64,000 nt of DNA from Prasinococcaceae sp. CCMP 1430 (taxonomy: Eukaryota > Plantae > Prasinodermophyta), in assembly GCA_013416795.1 (NCBI GenBank), contig RQSC01000001.1, forward strand, positions 101,378 through 165,377. Reading direction: 5' to 3'. The position numbers and the translations under genes are program-made. The notes beneath the pieces were generated by a model that was not told where the DNA came from, searched no databases, and saw only the letters and a list, made by a program, of their open reading frames with translations. Positions 30,858 through 41,815 of the stretch are shown in pieces; position 1 is the first letter of the stretch, and every line of letters begins with the position of its first letter.

Positions 30858-31573
30858 CTATGCGCGCTTCGCCTCGTAGACGTCCGAGTCGAGCACCATT
30901 CGATGTGCGTCCCGTCCAGGCGCGTAGTAGTCCTTCACAGCGCCGTCGACCCGCCAGCCAAGCTTGGCGTACAGCGCCGCGGCTGGCTGCCGCGCAGGGT
31001 CGACGTGCAGGTTGATGCACATGACGCGGCGGGCGCCAAACAGGTGCTCGACCGACGCGCGCAGGACGGCCTCGCCGATGCCCTTGCGGCGCGCATGCTC
31101 AGCGACAACCAGCTTCGCCACGGAACCGGCCAGGCTGCGCCACTCGATGACCGCGTAGCCGAGCACGTCGGGGCCCGCGCGGCCGCAGTCGTCGGCCGCC
31201 GCGCCACCCCCGAGGGAAGTGGCGAGAACGAGAGCTGCATTCGGCTGCCGGCGCGCGAGAGCGGCGCGGGGGCATCGCGCATGACCGACTGTCAGCAACG
31301 CGGCGAGGCAGACGGCTGGGCGGTCGAAGGACTGACGCGTGCCGGGGCATGTGGTCCGTCGTACGGCAGCGCGCCTGGCGCCCCGCGCCCTCCGACCTTG
31401 GCCGCAGCCGACGCCACCCCGCCAACCGCGCTGAGCGCCTCGTGCTTTGGGAACGAGCGCCGTTCGATGGCGTCGCACTCTCTCAGGGCGGCCGCGTGCC
31501 GCGCGCCGGCCTTGCCGCGCAGCGCGGCGCCCTCGACGAGCGCAACCGCGTACGCCGCCCCGTCGATGCCGCC
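30858..31573 (-). CDS. GNAT family (RimI-like) N-acetyltransferase; intron 31245-31396; 5' in gap
   Basis: Exon 1 DAIERRSFPKHE; exon 2 VLGYAV, KLVVAEHARRKGIGEAVL (motif A), LHVDPARQPAAALYAKLGW, DYYAPGRDAHRM. Confidence 0.9.
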
Positions 31574-31708
31574 NNNNNNNNNNNNNNNNNNNNNNNNNNN
31601 NNNNNNNNNNNNNNNNNNNNNNNNNNNNNNNNNNNNNNNNNNNNNNNNNNNNNNNNNNNNNNNNNNNNNNNNNNNNNNNNNNNNNNNNNNNNNNNNNNNN
31701 NNNNNNNN

Positions 31709-33834
31709 CGGCAGCGCGCCGCGGACGGAGGCGGGGAGGCGGGGGAGCGCTTCGCGTTCGAGGGCGTGGCGCGCGCGTACGGTGCCGAGGGCGCCGCCGC
31801 GCTGCGCCGCGCACGCGTCGCCGTCGTGGGCGTTGGTGGCGTGGGCTCGTGGGCCGCTGAGGCGCTCGCCCGCACGGGCGTGGGCTCCATCACGCTCGTC
31901 GACCTCGACGAGGTGTGCGTGTCCAACGTCAACCGCCAGGCGTACGCACTCACCTCGACGGTGGGCAGGCCCAAGGTGGACGTGGCCGCGCAGCGCATTG
32001 CCGACATTAACGCCGAGTGCGACGTGCGGTGCGTGCACGACTTCGTGAGCGTTGAGAACGTGAGCGAGCTGCTCGCGCCGCCTCTCGACTGTGTGGTGGA
32101 CTGCGTCGACGACTTCCGCGTCAAGGCGGCCATCGTCGCGCACTGCCGTCGCGTGGGCGTGCGCGTGGTCACCACCGGCGGCGCGGCAGGCGCCGACAAC
32201 GCCGCGGCGGTGCGCACGGACGACCTCGCGCGCGCGCAGCAGAACCCGCTGCTCGCCAAGACGCGCAAGGAGCTTCGCGCGCGCTACCGGTTCCCTGCGG
32301 CGCGCGGCGGTGGCAAGACGCCCAAGAAGTGGGGCGTGCCCGCCGTATATCCGCCGCAGGACGCGAACTCCGTCGCCACCGCGCACAAGGGCGGGCGGGC
32401 GGGCGGCGGGCGCATGTCCTGCGACGCGCTCGGGGGCTCGTTGTGCTTCGTCACTGGCGCACAGGGATTCGTCGCCGCTGGCGAGGCCGTCAACGCCATC
32501 GTGAGCGGGGCGGCGCAGGCGCGCGGCGTGGAGCGCGGGTCGGAGGCGGCGCCGGCGGCCGCAGGGGAGGCAAGCGCCAGGCGCGAGGCCGCGCCCGGCG
32601 CGCAGCCGGCGACTGAGGAATTGCGACTCGCGCGGCAGGGACAGCAGGGAGCTGGCGGCATGGACCCTTCCGGAACTGCGCAGGGCGCTCGCGTGCAGGC
32701 GGAGGCGGAGGTCTCGGATCTGCGCGCGGACCCGGCGCTGGTGGCGGCGTCGTACGACGCGCACTGCCACGCGCACCTCGACGACACTCACGAGGGCGTG
32801 GCGGCAATGGAGTCGCTGTTCGAGAGGGTGTCTGGCGTCGCGCTGATGTCCACTGGCGAGGGCGACTGGGACAGGATACAGGCCGCCGCGGCGAAGGCGC
32901 GCGCGGGCGGGAGTGCGGGCAGCGTGCGATGCCTGCTCGGTGTACACCCGTGGTTTGCCCACAGGTACGCCGGGGAGGGCGACGGCTGGCTCGAGGACCT
33001 GCGCGCTCGCTTAGTGGGAACGCCTGGTGCGTGCATCGGCGAGATCGGCCTCGACAAGCAGTGGGTGACCCCTGACACAGGGCGCGTAGAGTACGACGCT
33101 CAGCTCGAGGTCTTCAAGGCGCAGCTCGAGCTCGCCGCGGAGCTTCGCCTTCCGGTGAGCGTGCACTGCGTGCGGGCGCAGGGAGACCTGCAGGCGATAC
33201 TGTCGGCGGCAAAAGCATTGCCGCCGACCATCTACCTGCACGCGTTCGGTGGGGCGGTGGGCACCGTCCAGCAGCTCTGCAAGTCGAAGAAGTTCGGCGA
33301 CAGGTGCGCGCGCGCGCGCGCGCGCGCGCGCACTGAGGCGGCACGTTGCGCGCGCGTTGTGCGCTGCTCGTCTGACGGCGCCTGCGCGATGCGATGCCAG
33401 GCTGTACTTTGGTTTCGCGCACTGCGTCAACATGCGCTCGAAGAAGACGCCGGCTGTGATCGCCGCTGTGCCACCCGACAGGCTGCTGCTCGAGAGCGAC
33501 CGCGGCTCGGCGGCGGAAAAGACCGCGTGCGGCGACGCCGAGGTCGATGCGGAGCTCGATGCCATGCTCAGGGTATACGCCGAGGTGAGGCGCGCACAGC
33601 GGCGCCCGTAGCTGCTGCGGCACGTGCAACGCAACGCACCGCACGCAATGCGCTGACCTCTTTCTGTTTGTTTGTGCCCGCGCACCGTGCGCGCCCGCCG
33701 CCCCCCGTTGCGCGCAGGCCACGGGAACGCAGCCCGAGGAGGTCGCGCGGCGGACAGCCGCCAACGCCGTGAGCATGTACGCCCCGGCGGACGAGGCCGA
33801 CGCGACGCTCGGGCGAGCGCACGCGGCAGCGTAG
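31709..33834 (+). CDS. Fusion of a TcdA/CsdL-like ThiF (E1-like) domain and a TatD-family nuclease; introns 33304-33400 and 33585-33717; 5' in gap
   Basis: ThiF: VVGVGGVGSWAAEALARTGVG, DLDEVCVSNVNRQ. TatD: DAHCH, GVHPW, IGEIGLD, LPVSVHC, LHAFGG, LLLESD. The two domains share one uninterrupted exon. Confidence 0.9.
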
Positions 33835-34425
33835 CGCGACGCAAGCTCGTAACCACTCGCATCGCTCGGAGACTCTCTCTCGTACGCGCACAATGACAGC
33901 ACTGCGCTTCCGCGCCCCACCGTCCCGCTCCTTTTCCCCCACCCCCACCCCCACCCACGCCGCTCCCTGGCCCACCCACTGCCGCTTTCGGCACACGCGA
34001 GCGCGCCGCCGGCTCCTTGGCGACGGCCCTCGCCTCGCATTCTCCCCCCCGGCGCCCGCCGTGTGGGCGGCCTCGTCGATGGCGTCCTCTCAGCCTGTGC
34101 TGCCCGCCAGACACCGGACACACACACACACGCGTGCGTGTACAGTGTACTGTACTGCACGCATTCATTTTGATATATATAGGGTACATTCGTCGATCAG
34201 GGTTCATGTTTGATATGGGTTTGCTTGTCGCAACATAGTTGCGGTACAGGTAGCAAAGAGTTTCGACATTTTCCGGCAGCGCCAACACAAGCACCACGTA
34301 TGACACTCGCTGACAATGTGACCATCCGCAGGCTGTTGGCGGGGAGGTGCCGAGGGGCCCACACCGAGCGCGCCGTGCGCCCGCCCGCTCCGCCCGCACA
34401 CCTCGCGCGCCCCGTCGCGCGCAGG

Positions 34426-36117
34426 CGCGTCCCCCTCCCCTATTACTCTGAGCTCGAGCAGACGTGCCAGTCCATCCTCGGCCTGCTCAACGACCACCTC
34501 GTCCGCGGCGGCGGCGCGGCGGCGATGTCGAAGCATCGCATCAGGCTGCGCGTGCAGAATGCGGTGGCGGGCGGCGTCGACGCGCTGCACGACGCGCCGC
34601 CCTTTGAGACCAACCGCGCGGCGGCGGAGGAGCTCTTCGCGCTGTGCGCGGCGCTGGAGGCGGACGCAGGCAGGGCGCAGGCGGCAGCCACCAAGGCGGC
34701 CGAGGCGCTCGCCAGGCTCGCCAGCACCGCCACGGCGGTGGACGACGCACTCGGCTCGTTGGTGCTGTGCCCTGACAGCAACGTCGCCAGCGGCGGGCCC
34801 GCAGGGAGCCCTGCCGCTGGTGCTGGCGCCGGCGCAGGCGGCGGCGCCTCCGCGGCGTCGCCGGGCAAATTCTGCTGCGGAGAGGGCGCGCTGGGAGTCA
34901 AGGAGGGTGGCAGCTCCCCCGCGACGCCTCAGGTGTCCTCGCACGCAGGAGAGAGCGCTACACGGAGCACGACGGGCGTGCTGCACTCGCTGGCGTCCGA
35001 GCTGGCGAGCTACGCGGAAGATCTGGCTGTGTGCGTGGTCGACCCGTGCGCAGCGGCGAAACTCGATCAGCAGTCAATCCGCGCGCTTCACGCCGCATTC
35101 ACCGACCGCAAGCTGGACGTGACGCACTACGAGACCAAGGTGGTCGGCCTCACTGCGACGCGAGACGAGCTGGTGAACAACCCGGACCCGAAGATTGCCG
35201 TTGGATCAAAGGCCGCTGCGGCGAAAGAGAAGCTCGCCGCGAACGAGCAGAAACTGGCCGCCGCCCGCGCAGCGCTGCAGGTCGCCGAGGCGGAGGCGAT
35301 GGACGCCACGGAATCGGCTGCCTCCGGCGTACCCAAGGGCCTCGCGGCCTGCGTGGGCGCCATGCTCGCGCGCCAGGCGCAGCTGGGCGCGCGCGTTGCC
35401 AACGCGGCCGGGGCGCTGGTGGAGCAGGGCGCGTGGCAGCTGCAGAAGATCGCAGCGGCGGTGCATGCGGGCCCCGCCCAGCCGGCCGCGCAGCGTATCT
35501 TGGAGGTTCTGGACGAGCAGCAGGAGGATGAAGCTCGCCGCGCCATGGCGCAATCCAAGGCCATGCGCGAGGCCCTTGGTAGCCCCGCCGCCGGTGGAGG
35601 CGCCCAAGAGTTGGTCGCCGCCGCCGAAGCGCGCGCCGACGATGCCGAAAAGCGTGCTGAGGATTTGCGGTCGCGCGTCGAGGCGCTGACGCTCCAGCTC
35701 GCCGACGCACACGCTGTGGGGGCGGGGAAGGCGGTAGCGGGTTCCGTCCACTCGATGCGCAGCGGGGGCGGCGACGGGAGCGCTACGGGCAGTGTGATCG
35801 AGTGGCCTGGTCCGCAGCAGCCGGCACCGAACCCCTTTGAGGCGCGCGACGTGGCGGCGTCCAGCCCCGGGTCTGAGGGCTCGCCGCCGCAGGCGCAGCC
35901 GCAGCCGCAGGCCAGTAGTCCGTCCTACGCAGAGGAGAGGCCCGCCTCCTCGTTACACGCGGCGCAAGAGATCGAGCCTGCGCCGCGCAACGACGGCGAT
36001 GATGCCAACCCTTTCAGTGAGCCCCAGCAGGACGACGCCAATCCCTTCGCAGACGACAGCAACCCGTTTGCGGCCGGCGTGGACGAGCAGGAGTGGAGAG
36101 GGCCGAAGTCTTTCTGA
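34426..36117 (+). CDS. BAR-like coiled-coil protein with C-terminal NPF motifs; 5' structure uncertain (ATG 34525 possible)
   Basis: Helical region DRKLDVTHYETKV...KEKLAANEQKL resembling BAR helix 2/3; four NPF tripeptides in an acidic tail. Confidence 0.6.
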   Translation, partial: RVPLPYYSELEQTCQSILGLLNDHLVRGGGAAAMSKHRIRLRVQNAVAGGVDALHDAPPFETNRAAAEELFALCAALEADAGRAQAAATKAAEALARLASTATAVDDALGSLVLCPDSNVASGGPAGSPAAGAGAGAGGGASAASPGKFCCGEGALGVKEGGSSPATPQVSSHAGESATRSTTGVLHSLASELASYAEDLAVCVVDPCAAAKLDQQSIRALHAAFTDRKLDVTHYETKVVGLTATRDELVNNPDPKIAVGSKAAAAKEKLAANEQKLAAARAALQVAEAEAMDATESAASGVPKGLAACVGAMLARQAQLGARVANAAGALVEQGAWQLQKIAAAVHAGPAQPAAQRILEVLDEQQEDEARRAMAQSKAMREALGSPAAGGGAQELVAAAEARADDAEKRAEDLRSRVEALTLQLADAHAVGAGKAVAGSVHSMRSGGGDGSATGSVIEWPGPQQPAPNPFEARDVAASSPGSEGSPPQAQPQPQASSPSYAEERPASSLHAAQEIEPAPRNDGDDANPFSEPQQDDANPFADDSNPFAAGVDEQEWRGPKSF

Positions 36118-36517
36118 GCCAAAAGCAGATCAGAGACGTCGTTTGCATTCGTTGCCCAGCAACAGCACTGCTCTAGTGCGTGCCAACGTTTGGCGAGTCG
36201 CGGCGGCGGATCTCCCTTTTAGGATGGGTCGTGACCGGCACTGAACTGAAAAAGTTTTCTCTCTCTACACGTCTGTGCGTACACAGATGAGGCCGGAAGT
36301 GTCCGGGGGTAGTGGCTAGTGGCAGTGGTACGGTGGTACGCAATAGTAGCTAGCATTTTCCTCTAGACACGCCCGGCCGCGTCGCAACCCAGTCTCTTGC
36401 CTGTCCCTCGTTCCATCCATGGCGCGAAGGGCGTGTGGCGCTGAGCGGGCGATACGCCCCGCCCGCTCGGCTGCCTGCCCTCCGCCTGCCCTCTCCAACA
36501 CTGCGCCCTTGCGTCGA

Positions 36518-38673
36518 TCAAGGCGACTTCACGACCTGTGCGTCGAGCACGCCATCCGCATCGCAGTACTTGGGAGCCTGCGGGTGGTGCGTGTCGAGCC
36601 ACATCTGCATCTGCTGGATCTGGTGACTCTGCGTGACGATGATCTCACGCAACAAGTTCTCCACGTTCAAGGCCTCGCTGTCCCATCCGGCGGCGACCTG
36701 ACCGAACTGCGGGGCCGGGGCGCGCGCGAATGCAGCAGTCACACGGCGAAGCGAGTGGATGGGGGCGTCGCACACCGCTCGCGTGCATTAGCATCACCGC
36801 GCAGAGGCATCGGGCGCGCGGGCGACGCGGAAAGAAACGCTAATAGGCACCATGCGGGGCGATGTGACCAGGGAGCTTGAGGGAGGGCGAAGGGCGTCGC
36901 GCTGCGCACCTTGAGCGCGATCTTGCTCATCTCGATGGCGTTCAGGTGGTGTGGTATCATCTGGTGCATGAAGAGGGTCAGGGTGTTGTCGGTCTCCTCG
37001 ACGCGCATCTCGTAGTTCATCTTGCAGCCTATGGCCTGCATGCAGTTGCTGAAGATGTCGTCTTGGGGGTCGCACAGGAACTTCTGGTCGGGACAAAACT
37101 CGTCGGCGCGGTAGTGGAAGTCCGAGATGTTGCCGGTTCCGCACGCCTGGTCGAAGTCGCTCTGGGGCGGCCCGTAGTACTCCGCGGGGTCCCAGGGCTC
37201 CGTCAGCTCGTTGGCGAACGGGGGCGGATCGGCGACGTTGATGGCGCCGGTCATGCCCGAGTGGACGTGGCAGTAGTAGAAAAGCTGTTTCGTGAGCGAG
37301 CCCAGCGGAATGGTCAGCTTGGTCGAATACTGGTTCTTCTCCCACTCCTCGAAGGGTTGCTTGAACGAAGGTACGTAGTTGTCCAGCCGGCTGATGATGT
37401 CGTTGGCCACGGTTTCGAGGGTCTGGCACACGCCGTTGACGCAGTGCAGCGGCACCTGCACGATGCCCACCCCCGGGTCGCACATCCATTCCGAGGCCGT
37501 GCAATCGGCGGCCGCCTTGGGAGCGCAGGGGTCGCTCGCGTTGGTGCCGGCAGCGCTGGAATGCTGCTCGCCGCCGGCGCCATGAGCGCCGCCGGTTGCG
37601 TCCCCGCCGTGCATGCTGTGGTCCTGCTGCAGGCGGCGCCTGTGCCCGAACGTGGCGAAGTCATCGTTGTGGTCGTGGGTGTGGTCCTGTGCGTCGGCGG
37701 ACGCCTCCTGCTGCTGCTGCGGGCCGCCAAGCGCCGCGCACGCGGCCGGGTCCTTCACGGACGAGCCGTGGGTGTGGTGCGCGTGGCCGGACGCCCCAGG
37801 CACCGTGAGCTCGGGGGCGCCGATGTACGCAGCGTCGGGATAATAACCGAAGGCCAGCGGATGCATCCAGTTGTTGGGCGCGCTCTGCACGAACTCGTAC
37901 TCGACGCCGCGCACCATCACGAGCGCGGGGCTCACGCCCTCGCAGCCGATCACGCGATAGGCGCCCGACATGGACGTCGTTCGCGCGAAGTCCACGTCGA
38001 ACCAGAATCGGTTGTTGCTGTCGGCGTTGCACGGCAGGCCCGTGTTGGACGGCGGCTCTTCCGCATCCGCGCTCGCGGCCTGCTCCGCCGTGCTCGCCGC
38101 GGAGGAGTGGCCCGCTCCGGAGGCGCCGTGCTGCTGCTCGTGCACCATCGGAGCGGGCTTTGGCGCCTGCGCGGAGTGCGTCATGTCGCCGTGGTCCATC
38201 GTCGCGCCGTGGTCCATCGTCCCCGGCTCCGTCATGTCGCCGTGGTCCATCATCGCGCCGTGGTCCATCGTTCCATTCCCCTCCTCCTTCGTCTCCGGCT
38301 CGTTCATGTCGCCGTGGTCCATCATCGCGCCGTGGTCCATCGTCCCATTCTCCTCCTCCTTCGTCTCCGGCTCGTTCATGCTGCCGTGGTCCATCATCGC
38401 GCCGTGGTCCATCGTCCCATTCTCCTCCTCCTTCGTCTCCGGCTCGTTCATGCTGCCGTGGTCCATCATCGCGCCGTGGTCCATCGTCCCATTCTCCTCC
38501 TCCTTCATCTCCGGTTCTTTCATCTCACCTTGGTCCATCATCGCGCCGTGGTCCATCCCCCCGTGGTCCATCTCCGTTCCTGGAGCCATCGACTCGGCGG
38601 AGGTGCGCACGGCCGCGCCGAGCACCAGCAGTACAGCGGCGCAGCTCGCCGCGCGGCGCATGCCCGCGGCCAT
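36518..38673 (-). CDS. Secreted Met/His-rich protein with a cupredoxin-like copper motif and C-terminal DUF305 domain; intron 36707-36909
   Basis: Signal peptide; MDHG repeats; NNWMHPL and FYYCHVHSGMTGAINV; DUF305 FMHQMIPHHLNAIEMS and IIVTQSHQIQQM. Confidence 0.85.
38170..38575 (-). repeat. 72-bp coding tandem repeat (EENGTMDHGAMMDHGSMNEPETKE) with internal 18-bp MDHG subrepeats
   Basis: Unit recurs at 38281, 38353 and 38425, with truncated copies at both ends. Confidence 0.95.
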
Positions 38674-38694
38674 TGCCGTCGCCCCGCCCCTCCC

Positions 38695-38820
38695 CTCCCT
38701 CGCCGCCAGTGGTCCGCCGCCGGCGCTCGCCCCTCGGGCGCTCACGAACGGGCCGCGCCCGCTGACTTTTTCGCCCTTTTTTTTCGACGGACGGCGCAGA
38801 TACCGATCGCCGCGTCGCTC
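38695..38820. other. Probable third in-place complemented segment covering the RPN3 start codon; left edge not determinable
   Basis: In-frame TACCGATCGCCGCGTCGC at 38801-38818 complements to ATG GCT AGC GGC GCA GCG (MASGAA), which runs into SLRAAAALV. No other ATG lies in the intergenic space. Confidence 0.6.
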
Positions 38821-40423
38821 GCTGCGCGCCGCCGCCGCGCTCGTGCGGCGCTCGATCGCCGCCAAGGAGGCGTTCCTCGTGCAGCGCGCGCTGCGCGCGA
38901 CCGCCGCGGCGAGGCGCAAGGGGCTGCTCAAGGAGGACGAGGTGGGGGCGTTCGCGGGGAAGGCCATCGGCGACGGATCGCCGCTGAAGGCCTCGCTCGA
39001 CGCCGCGCTGCCGCAGGTGAGCGCCGCGGCGCTCCCCGCGTGCCCCCGTTGGCGCGCACGCGCTTGCGCGCGCGAATAGATCCTGCCGCGAAAGATCTCC
39101 GCTCGCGCGCGCCAGCGCAGCCGGCCGCGCGACCGCCCGTGCCCTTCGCCGTGGCCGTGCCCTAGCCCATGCCTGCGCCCGTACCCACCCCTGCCAGCAT
39201 GCAGCGCTCGTGAGATCTGACGGAGCGCGCGCCACCAGGGGGATGCGTCCATGGGCGAGGATGGCGGTGAGGCCGCCGAGGCCGCCGAGCCCGCCGAGGC
39301 GCTGCCCGAGGTCGACGCGTACGTCGCGCTGTGCGGCGTGACCGCGCTGATCGACGCGGGCAAGGTCGAGCAGGCGCGCTCGCTGGTGACGGACGTGGTG
39401 CAGTGGCTGCAATCATCGGTGAATCGGCGCACGATGGACGTGCTCGCTTCCCGCCTGTACTTCTACTACAGCCTCGCGCACGAGAAGCTGGGCCGCCTCG
39501 CTGAGATCCGGCCGACGCTGCTCGCGTTGCATCGCTCCGCCGCGGTGCGGCACGACGAGTCGGGCCAGGAGATGCTGGTCAACCTGCTGCTGCGCAACTA
39601 CCTGCACTACTCGCTCTACGACCAAGCGGAGAAGCTGCGCGCGCAGGTGGAGCAGGGGAGCGGCGGCCAGGGCAGCAACCAGCAGCTCTGTCGCTACATG
39701 TTCTACATGGGGCGCGTGCGCGCGGTCGCGCTCGAGTACTCCGAGGCGAAGGAGTGCCTACAGCAGGCGCTGCGCAAGGCGCCGCAGGCAGGCGCGCTCG
39801 GCTTCCGCGCGGCATGCAATAAGTGGCTGGTGGTGGTGCAGCTGCTGCTGGGCGAGGTGCCCGAGCGCTCCGTCTTCCGCCAGGAGGGGCTGCAGGCGGC
39901 GCTCGAGCCCTACTACCGCCTGGCGTTCGCCGTGCGCCAGGGCGACGTGCAGGAGTTCGAGGCCGCCGCGGCGGCCAACGTGCGCGTCTTCCAGCGCGAT
40001 CGCGTGCACAACCTCATCGTGCGACTGCACCGCACCGTGCTGCGCACGGGCCTGCGCAACCTCAGCCTGGCGTACTCGCGCATCTCCATTGCGGACGCCG
40101 CGGCCAAGCTTGGCCTCTCCGACGCCGACGCGGAAGACGCCGAGTTCATTGTCGCAAAGGTGATCCGCGACGGCGGCATCGACGCGCGCATCGATCGCGC
40201 GACGGGCACGATTATCAGCAGCGAAACGGCGGGCGTGTACGACACCGCCGAGCCCCAGGCGGCTTTCCACAGCCGCATCGCCTTCTGCCTCAACCTCCAC
40301 AACGACGCAGTCAAGGCGATGCGCTATCCGCCCGACGCCTACAAGGCAAAGCTCAAGGAGCTCGAGAGCCGCAATATGCTCGACATGAGCGAGCTCGAGG
40401 ACGAGCTCGACGACGATTTCTGA
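38801..40423 (+). CDS. RPN3: 26S proteasome non-ATPase regulatory subunit 3 (PCI domain); intron 39017-39238
   Basis: NRRTMDVLASRLYFYYS, NLLLRNYLHYSLYDQAEKL, SNQQLCRYMFYMGR, LAYSRISIAD, EPQAAFHSRIAFCLNLHNDAVKAMRYP. Confidence 0.97.
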
Positions 40424-40983
40424 GTGGCGGTTCGGCGCGTGATGCCAGCCCGGCGGTGTGGTGTGGCCGCCGCGCGGCGCCGACGCTGCCCAGCAGGTAA
40501 TTGTCACGTTCGAAACAGACGCCCGTGCGCCGTCGGAGGGGCGGCCGACGCACTTGTGGCCGAGCAGCCATGGAGCGCGCCCACAGCAGCGCAGCACGCG
40601 CTCCCTCTCTCTCTCTCTCACACTGCGCGCTCGCACCCGCTGCAGAAATTTGGTGCGGATTTCAGACGTGTCCGGCGCGCCACATGCGCCGCGCGCGCCG
40701 CGCGCGCCGGGGACTACCCGCGCGGCGGCGCTGCGCCGACCGCCCTGCTCACGCACGCTCGTGTGCGAAGTCCCCCTTCCCCCCCCCCCGCTCTGTCCCT
40801 CCCTCCATTCGCGCGCGCCCTTGCCGCGCGCTCTAGCGTTCGCGCGGGACGCGCAACCGGCGCTGCGCGGGGTGGCACAGGCGCCTGGTGGCGCTGCGTG
40901 GGCGACTTCCCTCTTCCCCCGTGCCCCTACACGCACGCCCCAACCTGCACACCTTGTGACGCGCTTGTAGTGCCGGCGGGAGG

Positions 40984-41550
40984 ATGATGCGCGGCGCAGC
41001 GAGCGGCGCGGCGGCGCGGGTCGGAGGCCTGGCGCGGCGGCGGGGGCTGAGCGACGGCAGCGGCGGTGGCTCACGCACAGGTGCAGGGGGCGGGTGGGAC
41101 CGCAGCAACCTCGACCACACCCTTTTCTTCTTCGCGCGCCTGCCACGCGAGCAACACACGAGGGCCATGTGGTTCGAGGAGGCAGTGCTGTGGGGTACGT
41201 GCTGCCAGCGCGCTCGGGCCGCCGATGCTGTGCGGCGCTCTATTCGCGGGTGCACAGCGCTGACGAGATTTGCCACGCCAACCGTCTCGGCACGAGCTCA
41301 AAAAGGAGTGTTTGCGGCGACCGGCTCGAGCGCCTCGCGGCTCGCGAAGCACGTGTGCTCCGACGCGTTTGGCCTGGAGGGATCGCTGCGAGACGGGCCG
41401 TGGTCCTATCGCGGCGCGTATGCCATCACCACGCTCCCCCTGTACACAGCCATGCTCGTGGGTTTCGGCACCGCGGCGCGTCGAGGGGCCTTCTTCCGGC
41501 GGTTTGCGCACAAGATGTGGGCGCGCATGCTGCCCGGCGGTGCCGCGTAG
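40984..41550 (+). CDS. Small conserved membrane protein (DUF6787-like), probably mitochondrial; intron 41195-41305 and possibly another upstream
   Basis: Arg/Ala-rich presequence-like start; VFAATGSSA...LEGSLRDGPWSYRGAY...PLYTAMLVGFGT...FFRRFAHKMWARML. Confidence 0.6.
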   Translation: MMRGAASGAAARVGGLARRRGLSDGSGGGSRTGAGGGWDRSNLDHTLFFFARLPREQHTRAMWFEEAVLWGTCCQRARAADAVRRSIRGCTALTRFATPTVSARAQKGVFAATGSSASRLAKHVCSDAFGLEGSLRDGPWSYRGAYAITTLPLYTAMLVGFGTAARRGAFFRRFAHKMWARMLPGGAA

Positions 41551-41815
41551 TCCTCCGAGGGCGCGCCACCTGCGCGCTTGCCTTCAAGCCATCGCGCCCC
41601 TGCGGGCGCCGCGCCGCGCCTCGCGACCGCCTGTGCGTACTCTCGGTGTTAACAATCGAGGCTGTGACGTGCCTATTCTCAATGTTACCGCTGCCATGCA
41701 ATGGGCCGTGCTTGGCCCCATCCGCGCCCCCAGCGCGACAGCCGGTGGCGCCCGGGCCGGTGCACGCGCGCGCGCGAATACGGACACGCACGTGGGCACC
41801 CCCCGCGCCGCGTGT

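Noticed and set aside
34201-34320. Complement of this stretch gives GCCATGTCC, a possible hidden start for the BAR gene
   Set aside because: The resulting peptide is not convincing, and the deposited sequence already has a good donor (AG|GTAGCA) and branch point.
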